Source: Octopus vulgaris
Taxonomy: Eukaryota
NCBI GenBank assembly: GCA_951406725.2
Contig: OX597821.1
Location: 92,008,001-92,072,000 of the forward strand
Reading direction: 5' to 3'
Length of the DNA stretch: 64,000 nucleotides
The notes under the pieces are model-generated. The model saw only the letters and a program-made list of their open reading frames with translations. It searched no databases and was not told the DNA's origin. Made by a program: the position numbers and the translations under genes. Positions 50,351 through 63,557 of the stretch are shown one piece after another. Each line of letters starts with the position of its first letter. Position 1 is the first letter of the stretch.

Positions 50351-51407
50351 GTGAGTGAGTGAGTGAGAGTGAGAGAGAGGGGGAGAAACAACAAGACAAC
50401 AAGAAATAAAAAACAAAAATAGTGAAAGAAATGTCTCTACTGAGAAACTTTTTATCCTTTTGGGAAATGAAAATGTTTTATTGGTGCTGCTGGAATAACA
50501 CAGCATCTTTGCTGGCTTTCCAGATAATCCCCTCTTTAAAGGAAAAGGAGTGAGAAAGACACATGGAAGGTGGTTGGGTGGGGCTTTACAATATTTCAAA
50601 AAGAAATGCCAATTGAAGCTATGGGTGGTAGTAAAGGTGTTGCCATATATTAGCAGCCTGATAGTAGACACCCCGCTAAACATGAGAGAATACATTTCAA
50701 TCTACGTTGAGGGGAGGAAAAAAAGCAAGGAGGGAGCTCAATGCTGGCAATACCCTTGACACAACACCAATTAATGAAGTGCACTTAATGCAGCAATTAA
50801 TCAATATCTGAGGCTTTTGTAGTTGTTAAGGGAAAATGGTATTAGAATTAGGAGGAAGTGAGAAAAACAAAGATATATTTGCAAAATAAATAAATAAAAC
50901 ATTGATTGATAATAAAAACGGATTTCAAAAAAAAAAATTATGATTAAATAGTGTTACTGACAAGTTTTCTATTTAACTGAAATAGTTGCGAGTTTAAATC
51001 ATAACCACTTTGAATTTGTCAGACAAAAAGTTTCTAACAATTTAATAAATATTTTGCAGTTGTACTTAATTTGAGACTGTGTGTTGCAAGTAAAACAAAA
51101 GTTGCTGAGGAAGTGTGTCAGTGTTCCATGTCGTAGTCGATTGATGAAAATTTCAACACCTCATGAAATGAAAATAAATTTAAAGTGAAATTAACAGCTC
51201 TGTGTGTTATTAAATATGGCTCTTCTACAATGCGTTTGCAATTTAATAATAATAAAATTATTTCTAATTTAGGTATCAGCCATAAATTTATAGGAGAGAG
51301 GGTGCAAGTGATTAAATTAAGGCTATAACTTGAAGAGAGATTATTATACCACTGCTACAGGGAATGAAAGATAATGATGAATAAGCTGAGAGTTGAACTC
51401 GAAATGT

Positions 51408-51575
51408 ATAGGAGCAGGCATTGCAGCATAGTTGAAAAGTTTGCTTTGCATATAGCTTGGAGTTCAGTCCCACTGCACTGCAACTTGGGCAAGTATCTTT
51501 TACTACAGCCCTGAGCTGACCAATGTCTTGTGAGTAAATTTGATAGATGGAAACTGTGTGAAAACCCATCAAATG
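51408..51575 (+). mobile_element. Diverged SINE B head
   Basis: GAGTTCAGTCCCACTGC...CTTGGGCAAGTATCTT. Confidence 0.7.
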
Positions 51576-51595
51576 TACGTATGAATGTATATATA

Positions 51596-52530
51596 CAGGG
51601 TGTCCTGAAATCAAAACAAACTAAGTTTCAGGCTTTAATGACTATTAATAAATGTGGTAAGATATGAAAATTATACATCATTATAAAAGCTTAGTGCTTC
51701 TTCTTTTAGTTTCAGACTAGATAAATTCAGATTTATAAATTAGATAATGGCCATAGATTGAAATACAACCATAATCCTCCACAAAGGAGGTGAAAGTAAT
51801 ACAGCATAGCAAAAAAGTTTAAAATTAACCGAACAACCGTCTAGAAACTTGTCAAGAAATTTCAGGAGACTGGGTTCACCATTGATCGAGCTGAACGTGG
51901 CTGCCAAAGAACTGTGTGAACCCCTCAGCTTATCAAAAGTACTAGAGAAAAGATATGGTGAAATCCTTGTTGTTCCATTAGAAAACTGCCTGCTACAGCA
52001 AAAATAAAGCAAACATATTAATGTATTGACTGCTGAAGGAGGACCTCAAGACCCACCCCTACAAAATGATCCGCTGTATTGACCTCATGCAAGTTTATAA
52101 AGCCATGAGACTGGAAAGGAGTCGTTTAACTTGCATCAGATTGCTGAAGGCATGCTGCCCAACCTGGTGTTTATCAATGAAAAGAAATTTGATACCGAAC
52201 AGACAGTAAACCACCAGAATGACCAACTTTGGTGTGTATCAGACTCCACTGAGATTAGACTCCTAAACTGATGTCTACATCCACAGTCAGTTATGGTTTG
52301 GACAACTGTGACAGCCACTGGAAGGTCTCGCCTCATTCTTGCACCTTTAGTTGTGAAAATTAACACCCAGTGACACATTAGCGTCATTCTGGTTGATGAA
52401 CTGCTTCCATGGGCAAATAAGCACTTTCAAGGTGCACCTTAGATCCTTCAAAAGGACTCAGAACCATCCTACAGTTTCAAACAGACACAACACTGGATTC
52501 ATGAAAACATTCCATCGTTTATAGGCTAAG
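51596..52530 (+). mobile_element. Decayed maT/DD37D-like transposon, 3'-truncated
   Basis: TA-CAGGGTGTCC terminus; LVFINEKKFDTEQTVNHQNDQLW, HPQSVMVW, LQKDSEPSY...TQHWIHENIPSFI. Confidence 0.88.
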
Positions 52531-52535
52531 ATGTA

Positions 52536-52600
52536 TTGTCTGTCTGTCTATCTATCTATCTATCAATCTATCTATCTATCTATTCATCTATCTATCTGTA

Positions 52601-52675
<75 letters not shown>

Positions 52676-52862
52676 TCATCTATCTATCTATCTATCTATC
52701 TGTCAGTCTGTCTGTCAGTCTGCATTTATGTGTGTGTGTGTGTGTGGATATCTGTGTGTGAGTGTGTGTCAGTGTGTTTGCATGAATGTTTGTGTGAGTG
52801 TGTATCTGAGTTGTATGTGTGTGTGTCAGTGTATGTGTGCATGTGTGTGTGTGCATTTGTGT
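52536..52862. repeat. (CTAT)n/(TG)n block
   Basis: Directly visible. Confidence 0.95.
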
Positions 52863-53230
52863 GAACAAATACACAAGTACCTCTCTGTGTTTGTTTATAT
52901 TTGCGCTTCTCCAAAAATAGGTGAGTTACAAGCTGTGATGTTGTCCTTTCTCTTGTCAATAAACTGTAAACTAGCTTGTTACTTTTAAAGACATGTTGAA
53001 TAAGAGATCTCTAACTTGGAAAGCAAGTAAACATTACCAACAGGGAGGCCATCCAACTGCAATGTAATGCCTAAATAAGGTATTCATCTAACCCATGCTA
53101 GTATGGATAAATAGATGTGTCAATAATATATATACTTGCTTTTATATTTAAATGTGTGTGTGTGTGTGTGCAGATAAATAGATAGACAAACAGACAGACA
53201 GATAGATAGATATGCCAGTATATTTAAATA

Positions 53231-53553
53231 TAAGCTTGCTTTCCAACCATATTGTTTGAAGTTCAATCTCACAACATGGCCCTTTGGGCAAGTGTCTTCT
53301 ACTATAACCTTGGGCTGACCAAACCTTGTGAGTGAAAGAAGTTTTTCGTGTGTTTTATGTGTGTCTGTGTTTGTGTTTGACCCCTCACTACAACTGATGT
53401 TGGTGTGTTTATATCCCTGTGACTTCTGCAAAAGACATCTATAGAATAAGTACCAGGCTTTAAAAAAATGTACTGGGAGCAATTCATTCAACTGAAATTC
53501 TTCAGGGTGGAACCCCACCATGACTACAGTCAAATAACTGAAACAAGTAAAAA
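53231..53553 (+). mobile_element. SINE family B, diverged
   Basis: Homology to other B copies. Confidence 0.8.
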
Positions 53554-53574
53554 AGATATATATATATATATATA

Positions 53575-53839
53575 TAATAATAATAAATATTAGGGAATAA
53601 ATCCAAATTTACAGGGAAAATCAGATTTAGGATTGAATCCAATTTTATAGTAAAATATTATATAATATTAATTAGAGACAAAACCACTATTTTGCAAATC
53701 AAACAAAGAAAGACTTAATCCAATACATAGAAAAAAATTAATATAAATTAAATAATATTTAATTTATACTAAAATTTTTTTTATGTATTGGATTAAGTCT
53801 TTCTTTGTTTGATTTGCAAAATAGTGGTTTTGTCTCTAA

Positions 53840-53852
<13 letters not shown>
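53575..53852. mobile_element. Fold-back copy (about 95-bp arms, 53659-53852) of the 46653/46848 family in (TA)n
   Basis: Near-perfect palindrome with TA tracts on both sides. Confidence 0.8.
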
Positions 53853-53885
<33 letters not shown>

Positions 53886-53904
53886 AAATATATATATATG
53901 TATA

Positions 53905-54159
53905 TAATAAAGGGTAAAATTAACTAATCAATTAATAATTAATAATTTTACCAAGTGAGTTTGGTATGTTAAAAGAACCATTATTGGTAACCTTATACAA
54001 AAATTCTATAATTATGAGCATAATTATAATTAGGGTTCAGCAAAATTTGCTTCACCACATACCGAAATTTAGAAATAGCAGCTAAAATACTATTCTACTA
54101 CCATAAGATATCTCCCAGACTTGCTGTCTGGGAGATATTTTATGGTAGTAGAATAGTAT
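53905..54159. mobile_element. TA-anchored element ending in a 34-bp-arm hairpin (54087-54159)
   Basis: Start is similar to 47818-47925; hairpin loop TTGCT. Confidence 0.6.
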
Positions 54160-54786
54160 ATAAAACATATGAAACCATAAGCTACTTTCCACACAACCAC
54201 TCCTGCTCCTATGTGTGTATCTATCTATCTATATAATACATCTAATAATAGGATAAAATTTTTCGAAAAAAATTCTATCAATGGTCAGCATATTAAAAAA
54301 TACCTTTAAAGGTTAAATTTATAAACAACTTATAAACAAGGGCACAAGAAAAAATTCTAATGCCAAATATGCTGAAAAAAGACAAATCGTCAATAGCCAT
54401 ATAATTTATCACTATAAGTACGTGTCTCGAAGCAAGCCGACAAAAATTTCTAAAAAATTCTGTTATCATTGTATCGGTCCCAATTTCAGAGTTAATTCAT
54501 AAGAATTTTCTCCTCGTAAGAAATAAATGAAATACTTACTTATACCCATAGAAGAAGAAAATACTAAGTCATGAGCACACCTAAGTACCCCAAATATTTC
54601 CAAAATAGAAATTCTCCAGCACACCTCGAGACACGTGCGATCAGACAGAAAACTCTCATTTACAGCTATTATGCAATATCAAGACAAAAAGACACAAACA
54701 CACACTTGCATCCATATACATATACACAGACACATTTATACACACACATATATATATGTATATATACATATGTATGTGTGTATATG

Positions 54787-54833
<47 letters not shown>

Positions 54834-54859
54834 ATGTATATGTATGTGTGTATGTGCAA

Positions 54860-55012
54860 TGGGCTTCATTCAGTTTCCATCTACCAAATCCAATATCAAG
54901 GCTTTGGTTTGTCTAGGGATATAGAAGAAACTTGCCCAAGGTACCGTGCAGTGGGATGTAAACTAAAGCCATGTGGTTGTAAACTTCACAACCATTCAGC
55001 ATTACCTGCGTA
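54860..55012 (-). mobile_element. SINE B head
   Basis: Homology to other B copies. Confidence 0.75.
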
Positions 55013-55017
55013 CCTTA

Positions 55018-55171
55018 CACACACACACACACACACATCCACCCACAAATAGATAGATAGATAGATAAACAGATAGATATAGATAGAGAGATAGATAGAT
55101 AGATAGGCAATCAGACAGGCAGACAGGCAGACAGACAGACAAGTAGGTAGGTTTGTAGGTAGGTAAGTAGA

Positions 55172-55211
<40 letters not shown>

Positions 55212-55228
55212 TAGACAGACAGACAGAC

Positions 55229-55306
<78 letters not shown>
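55018..55306. repeat. (CA)n/(GATA)n/(GACA)n block
   Basis: Directly visible. Confidence 0.95.
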
Positions 55307-55307
<1 letters not shown>

Positions 55308-55847
55308 GTCAATTCGCAAGATACAGAATTGTTACTCAATGCAACTGATGTAATTTCAGAACAATTATTGCTCACAAAAGAGTGAAAAATAGTATCATAT
55401 TTTAGAAACATTAGAAGATAAGTAATTGTACAAAAAAAAATAATCCAAAATTCTATATCTTCTTCTAAAAGAAATGGAAATGATGAGGGATAAACTAAAT
55501 TTAAAATATGTGGATGGAATATATTCAAAATATTGCTCAAGGAACTTCAGAAATAGCAAAGCAGTGAAAAGAATAAGAAAAAATTTAAGAGAAAAACCTG
55601 AATAAAATTTTAACTGTAATAAATTGAAAATTATACTTCTTAAAATACCAAACAAATGCACAGTCTTTCCCTCAAGAAGTACAAGCCATGCAGTGAATTA
55701 TTACGAACTTTGACCAAATATAACTCAGTAGATCTTAGTATTTGCTATATTCATTTACCCCAGGGATATAAATTATGTCTGAACTTTCTTATCCTTAATA
55801 TGATTATTCATTTCTAGCCTACCAGTCCAGTAGAAGGGTCTTCAGGC

Positions 55848-56112
55848 CAGTGGTTGTCAATGGTTTTTTTGTCCATGGACCCTTCTGATATCTATTTTAC
55901 TCTACTGGACCCCCGTAGCCATTCGCTGTTTAAAAAAAGTCCCATTGTATTTTTTACAACTGAATATTATCAGGAATTAATTGTATAAAAAAATTTTTTT
56001 AATATTTTCTGCATTGTAGAAGCATAAGCAATTTATTGCAGATAAATTTTAGCAGCAAAAATTTTAGCAGTATATATCCACGGGTCATGTAGATCTTTGT
56101 TGAGAACCAATG
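55848..56112. mobile_element. hAT/Charlie-like MITE
   Basis: TIRs CAGTGGTTGTCAA / TTGAGAACCAATG; internal TGGACCC repeats. Confidence 0.7.
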
Positions 56113-56997
56113 CTCTCAGCAGTCATTCTATTTGCTAGAAATATCAGCCAAATATACCTCGGCTCACTAATTTAGAGAAAAAAGAGAATATTTTTGGATA
56201 AAATGGTTCCAGGTGCATTATACACAACAAAAATATATGCTCACACCTGGAACACCCTTTCATCATAGGGTTGCTGAACTTCTGCCAGAACTGACAAGAA
56301 ACCAAGCAATAATAACAAAGATGTCAGCAACAGATTGCTAGAAATCTATTTATGTTCTATGTTAAATTGCAATTGGTATACAATAGAGTTATTGGTGACA
56401 GATTACTAAAAGGCAAATAATTTATTTACATTTCTTATGTGAAAGTTACATAGGGATCACTTGCTATTTACCTGCCAGTGACAGCAGCATTGGCAGTGAC
56501 AGTGGCATTAATAACAGAGGCTGTAACACCACCAGCACAAGAGTACAGACATGGAAATATGTCATATCTACAATCAGCCCACTCAAGCATACCTCAATAG
56601 GAGCAAACAAATGTAAGCATTGCTTAAATTGTATTGCTTATATGTGAAAGGGCAAAAATCTTGAAAAACTCACTTGACCCAAGGACCTTCTTAAACTCTA
56701 AAAATGAAGCATTTAGTCAGTGTCCTCATGAGAAGAAATTCCTGTTGGAAACATAGACTTCCCCATTTGCCAACTAAGGAAATACTACCAGGCTAGGACA
56801 TCTTCCGCAGACCCATCATAAACATAACTGATACCACTCTAAGGGAGATATGACCATGATATTTTCTTGCCTCCTGTTGTAGGGAAGCTATGTGCTTCTG
56901 GCCATTTGAGTATGGTAAGTCACCTATAAATCTAAGGATTTTATAGGTGTAAAACCATTGGTTACTCTCTGACAGGCCATAGCAAGCAACCTTCTGA

Positions 56998-57032
<35 letters not shown>

Positions 57033-57102
57033 TGTATGTATGTATGTATGTATGTATGTATGTGTGTGTGTGTGTGTGTGTGAGTGTGTGTGTATGTATG
57101 TA

Positions 57103-57250
57103 TGACAGGCTGCTTTACGATTTCCATCAACTAAATTCATTCAAGTTGGTGGTTAGATCAGGGTTATCATAGAAGACACTTCACTAAGATTGAACCTGAA
57201 ACCATGTTATCATGAAACAAATTTATTAACAACACAGCCATGCTAGTGCC
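57103..57250 (-). mobile_element. Diverged SINE B head
   Basis: ATAGAAGACACTT and AACACACAGCCATG motifs. Confidence 0.6.
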
Positions 57251-60200
57251 TATAAACACATAAATATTGAATGCGAATTTCAGGCACCCGAATATGACCA
57301 CCACAATTAAGTAAGCTATAAAATGTATAAAAGAAAGAGAATAATGAACACAGCTCTGTTTAGCTGACAGGTGATTTGTAGTAATGATGTTGAAATGAAA
57401 TCCCATCATGGGGCAAAGTTTGGTGATGTATTTTCTTTAATTTATCAGGACTAATCATTAGTTAATTGGTGTGTCGGATGATAAATCATCAGATAATATG
57501 TGTCACATTTATGTGATACACATAAATAAATATTGATTGAATGTAGTTAAATGAGGGTCTAGCCCTATATCACCTGCAATGGATCAGACCAATGATGAAA
57601 AGACATTCCAACCGTGACCATCACTTAATTGTGTATATTTATAATTAAATTGTCTAATGTATCTATCCCTTTGTTGTATGGTGGGAGGTTTGTATTTGAG
57701 AGAGATTTGGCTGCTATTTCTAGGAGGCTGAATGACACAAAAAAAAAACTCCCCTCATTAGCTAGTAAATTAATTGATTATTTTTATGTGTGTGTCTGAA
57801 TGAATGTGCCTATATTTGTTTTGTGACTAAGTGTCTGTGTGTGAAACTATGTCCATCTGTGTGCATGTATGCATCTGTATGTGTGTGTGTGTTTGTATCC
57901 ATGTCTGCATAAGAAGTGTCCATGAGTGGGTATATCTGTGTGTGTTCCTGAATCTTTGTACATGTGTGTGTCCATGTGTGAGGTTGTGTGCATGTATTCA
58001 TGTGTATATATCCATGTATGTTTGTGTGTGTATATATATATATATGTGTGTGTGTGTATGAGAATACTGTGTATGTGCGTGCGTTCTTATTTCTGTATGT
58101 GACTGAGTATCTATATGTGCCTATACGTCTATGAATATCCATGTGTGTGACCGTATGTCCCTACATGAGAAAGTATGTCTACGAGTTGTTAATTCTCAGA
58201 ATACAGTTTATCTAATCATATCACAATATTTTATTCACTGTTTTCAGTCTCAAAATAATAGCAGAGTGGAGTGTGATGACGTGAAGTGCCTATTAAAGAT
58301 TTTGTTTGTTTGTTTGTTTCTGTTTATTTTTTGCTTTAATTTTGTTTTATTTTTTAATTTTTTTTTGTTTTAGTTTCTCATTCAACATTGAACGATCATA
58401 TTTCAACTTATAGAAACTACCCATTACGCACCACCTCAACTTCGCATAACAGTTTTGTTGATTTCCAAATTTTACAGTTCACTGTGACTAGTCTGTATTT
58501 AGTAGTCAACTGGACACTTGCCAGCTGAAGATTCTGCTGACCACTGTTTAATTCTCACATTGTCCGTTGACCACACATCATGAAGGAATATAAAAATTCA
58601 GATTTTTACTTAAATTGCCTCTAGACATGACAACCAATATCTCTCATTATTGGACAATAAACATTTTCTGAAAATAAATAAACTTGGCAAACTTTCCAAC
58701 TGTTTGTGAAAACAGTAATTCTTAATGGTTAAATCTTTAGTCTATGATTTTATCAGAACACAAATATATTTTCGGTTTTAGTAACAGTTTTGAATGAAGA
58801 GCTCTGGGCATCAGACTGTGGAGAGCATTCTACCAAAATTTTGTGAAGAACAAAAGATAAATTGGGAAATAATAAAAGCAAACTATAAAAATATAAAATA
58901 AGGGAGTGATAGTAACTTTGAATAATCTGTCTTCATTTTTTTTTTCTTCTACTCCACTACCAGTTTTTATTGCTGTGGGAAACCCAGTACCCAATCGTCT
59001 GGCTTACTAACTACTCCTACATATTTTCAGGGTTGGCTATCTTCTTTGGTCATGTCCATATCTGTTTGTCCTCTGTTTTCTGTTTGTAACACAAAATATG
59101 TGGTGGGCCAACTCGTCTCCTTTCAGTATCTCTCAATACCTCACACTTTTGGCTACAGATTTTACATTTTTCAGCAAGTATAGATAGTTTTTGCTATGTT
59201 ATTTAGTGCTCATGACTTCTGCAAGCCCTTCACAGTCTGATGTGATTAATGGGACCATAGCCAGCAAAAAATGCTGATAGGAAGAACAGGTAAGAAGACA
59301 GTTCTGATCTGAATGCTTGCACCAGATGGAATTTTGTCAATGCAACCTAAAATGATTGTGTTGAACCAAGGGTTTTTTGTTAGGCATACCACTAAAACTA
59401 CTACTAAAATAAATAGAGAGAAAAGAATGAAAAATCAACAGTGATGCATTATTGCCAGTATTGAGAGGCTGTCAATGCAGAAAAGAATTGATAAGCTCTT
59501 TTGGGAGATGAAGAGTGTTGCTAATATTTGGTATCTGGTGAAGATCAAGTCTTTGAGATGATGACATCAGAACTACCATCTCACTGTCATCATTAGAATT
59601 TGCTTCTTTTTATATTCCCACATACATAAATTGGTTGGTTTTGAAGCACTGATCTCTTTTTGGTAACTTTTTTCAAAGTTAAAGTTCTCTCAAATTCTTA
59701 AATTATATGTATCTACCTAATTATTCTCTTACTTCATAACAACAAATAGATGAAAGCGATGGAAAGAGATGTACTGGCTTTTATATTTAAGTTTTGAACA
59801 CTTCATCTGAAGAGTTGTTCATTTGTATTATAATTACAGGCCATTACTGAAGAAATAATGCCTGGTGTACTGGGAAAAACATATTTCCTACATGATAGAA
59901 TGCCAAAGCTTCAGACCAAGTATTGTGAGCTAACAAAACACTGTCAGTTGCACAGTAGCATAATCAACATGAAAACATAAAAAGATTTAAGCTAAATAAT
60001 AACAGTTACCAAAAAAAAAAAGAGTAATAAAACAAAATAAAGCAAAAAGCTGGAAGCTGGTGTAGAAGATGGACGTCAGTGGTGATGATGAGGAAAATCA
60101 TGATAATAGTGATGATGATCATGATTCGAGAAGTTCCTTTATTTTAGTTCCTGGCAAAATCTTTTCGCTTTTATTTACCCAATGCAAAGATTTGTTTTGT

Positions 60201-60313
60201 TTGTGAGGTTCGTGAAGTGAAATGAGAATTGGAGGGAAAAAATGAAAGGTAAAGAGGAAGAGTGGAGCAGAAATAAATAACAAAAACACACAAGAGGAAG
60301 GAAACATATCCAG

Positions 60314-60314
<1 letters not shown>

Positions 60315-60351
<37 letters not shown>

Positions 60352-61069
60352 ACAACAACATCATCATCACATCCGTTTTCCAAGTTTATGTTTTAGTATG
60401 CGATTGTAAAACAGTAATGCATACAAAATTACATACATACACTCTGCATACATACACACACATATACACAATATACATACATATATGTGTGTGTGCATGT
60501 GTATAAATGTGTGCATGTGTGCGTGTGTGTATACATATATATATATGTGTGTGTGTGTGTATGTATGTAAAGAAATAGATATATATATATATAGACATAA
60601 ATATATAGATATAGATATGTGCATGCACACATGTACACCCTCGAACACACACACACACACACACACAGGTGTATATACATATATATGCATATACATACAC
60701 ACAACTATACACATATGTGTAAATACACATGCAAACACTCAAACAATTTACCTTCCTTATATACACTGACACATGTTCATATGAAGTAAATACAGTTGTA
60801 GCCATATACATACTCTCATCTACCTGTCTGTTTACTTAGATACATAAATATTTATATATTTAGGCATACAAAAACATTAAGTATTTCTAATATTATTGGT
60901 TTTATGTGTGTGCATGTTTGTATATAAAGATTTATGTAGATGAACATATATACACACACACACCTATATGTTTATATATATGCATATATATATATATATG
61001 TATATATGTATATATATATATATACATATATACATACATACATATAATTATACATACATACATATAATT

Positions 61070-61100
<31 letters not shown>

Positions 61101-61298
61101 CATATATACACATATACACACACACGTATATGTACATATATGTGTGTGCATGTTTGTGTTTATATGTATATATACAGATATATCATCATCATCATCCTTT
61201 AACTTCCATTTTATATGGTAGCATGATATGTGTGTGTGTATATATATGCATTTATGTTTGTGTGTGTATGTATGTGTATATATGTATGTATGTATGTG

Positions 61299-61346
<48 letters not shown>

Positions 61347-61553
61347 TGCACACATATATATGTGTGTGTCAGCATGTAAAACAAACGTTTGATGATGATG
61401 AGGATGATGTATATATATATATATATACGCACATATATGTACATATCTATGTATACATGTACATATGTAAACACATATTTTTATATTAGCATATATGTAT
61501 ACATATATATATATATATATATTTGCATTTACATCAGCATACACAAATGTATA

Positions 61554-61595
<42 letters not shown>

Positions 61596-61612
61596 TATAT
61601 GCACATGCACAC
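60315..61612. repeat. (CAT)n then long TA/TG/CA low-complexity block
   Basis: Directly visible. Confidence 0.93.
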
Positions 61613-61970
61613 ATTTATGAAAAGCTCAGAGTATTCCCTCAGTTTAATGCTACATTTAAGATTACTGTCAGGAAAAGCTGATGAAGTGGTGATGTGTTAA
61701 ATAAAAATAGGAAAATAGAAAAGGTTTCAGACACAGATGTTAGCTCAGGGTAGGTAAATATAGCTAAAGGAAGTTAAATATATCATTAAAAGACTTTTAT
61801 GTTGTTGCTACTGCACAGGCTTAGAGTACAACTAAGCTGCCAATAGTGTCTTTGACCTAGTATCAAATCTTGGCTTAAGCTAACTGAAGAACACATCAAC
61901 ATCATACAATCTAATTTCAGACTACTTATCAATCTCTGGCCATTTATTTAAATAACACACTCATACACAC

Positions 61971-62288
61971 TGGCAGTTCGTCAGTTATAACGATGATGAG
62001 GGGTTTCATTTGATCCGATCAACGGAACAGCCTGCTTGTAAAATTAGTGTACAGATAGCTGAGCACTCCACCAGCATGTGTACCCTTAACATGGTTATCA
62101 GGGAGATTCAGCATGATACAGAATGTGACAAGGATCACCCTACAGGCACTACTCATTTTTGCCGGCTGGTGAACTGGAGCAACATGAAATAAAGTGTTTT
62201 GCTCAAGGACACGACGTGCTATTGGAAATCGAACTCACAACCTCATGATTGTGATCTGAATACTCCTAACTACTAGGCCATGTACCTT
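61971..62288 (-). mobile_element. CORE-like SINE with a third tail type (H)
   Basis: Head and CORE as in A/D (GTCCTTGAGCAAAACACTTTATTTCATGTTGCTCCAG), unrelated 3' part. Confidence 0.8.
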
Positions 62289-62445
62289 TGCTATATAATT
62301 GAATATGCGACCATTTGGTTCTGGTTTTTCATTGCCTCTGGTAATTGATAGACTAAAATACTACAGTCAAGTACTGGAGTTGATTCAATCGACAAAACCT
62401 CTACCCACTAAACTCAGACCTTGTGCATATTCTCTTTCTCTTTTT

Positions 62446-62857
62446 TCTTTTACTTGTTTCAGTCATTTGACAGCGGCCATGCTGGAGCACCGTGTTTATT
62501 CGAGCAAATCGACTCCAGGACTTATTCTTTGGAAGTCTACTACTTATTCTATCGGTCTCTTTTGCCAAACTGCTAAGTTACAGGGACATAAACACACCAA
62601 CATCTGTTGTCAAACAATGTTGGGAGGACAAACACAGACACACAAACATATACACACACATACATATATATAAATATATATATATACATATATACAATGG
62701 GCTTCTTTCAGTTTCCGTCTACCAAATCCACTCACAAGGCTTTGGTCAACCCGATGCTATAGTAGAAGACACTTGCCCAAGGTACCATGCAGTGGGAATG
62801 AACCTGGAACCACGTGGTTGGTAAGAAAGCTACTTACCACACAGCCATTCTTGCGCC
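62446..62857 (-). mobile_element. SINE family B
   Basis: Homology to other B copies. Confidence 0.9.
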
Positions 62858-63018
62858 TGATGGAAAAAATTATCATATTCATTAAGATATAATGCCTTGC
62901 AGTGCTTAGTTATGTCTTTTTCAATGCATGTTTATACTCTGCATGAATTGGTAGGCTCTTTCTTCTGGGGCTGTGGATGCTGCTACTGTTGTTGTTACTG
63001 TTGCAACTGCTGCTGTTG

Positions 63019-63377
63019 CTGTTGAGCAAACAGTCTTCGTCCCAGAGCTCACAAGATGGGAGAATTTCGAAACGTGGTCCTTTGCTATCCGTAAGACACA
63101 CAGAAGAGAAAGCAGCTCAACCCCCGGCACCGAGTGCATCGACGGATGGATTAATGCGTATTCAGGCTCAGCAGCTGTGTAGGAAGTCAGGGACAAGAAA
63201 CAGGAAGAAAGAGTGAGAGAAAGTTGGAGCGAAAGAGTACAACAGGGGTCGCCACTACCCCCTGCCAGAGCCTTGTGGAGCTTTAGGTGTTTTCGCTCAA
63301 TAAACACACACAATGTCCAGTCTGGGAATCGAAACTGCGAGTCCACTACCCTAACCATTGGGCCATTGCGTCTCCAC
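63019..63377 (-). mobile_element. SINE with F head and a distinct (CAA/CAG)-ending tail, 17-bp TSD
   Basis: TSD TGCAACTGCTGCTGTTG at 63002-63018 and 63378-63394; head shared with the 27928 copy. Confidence 0.87.
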
Positions 63378-63557
63378 TGCAACTGCTGCTGTTGTTGTTG
63401 TTTCTGTTGCTCTTGTTTTTGTTGTTCTTCTTATATTTTTCATTCTTGCTCTTGTGTAGCTCCATACTTTGTTGAAGTAAAATTCATGATTCTTAATACA
63501 ATAGTGTTGAACAGATTTGCAATGTTAATATTCTAACAGAAAAATAAAGTTGTGAAT

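Noticed and set aside
56790-56998. Possible decayed LINE RT segment (YGLSESNQWFYTY...)
   Set aside because: Too degenerate to call
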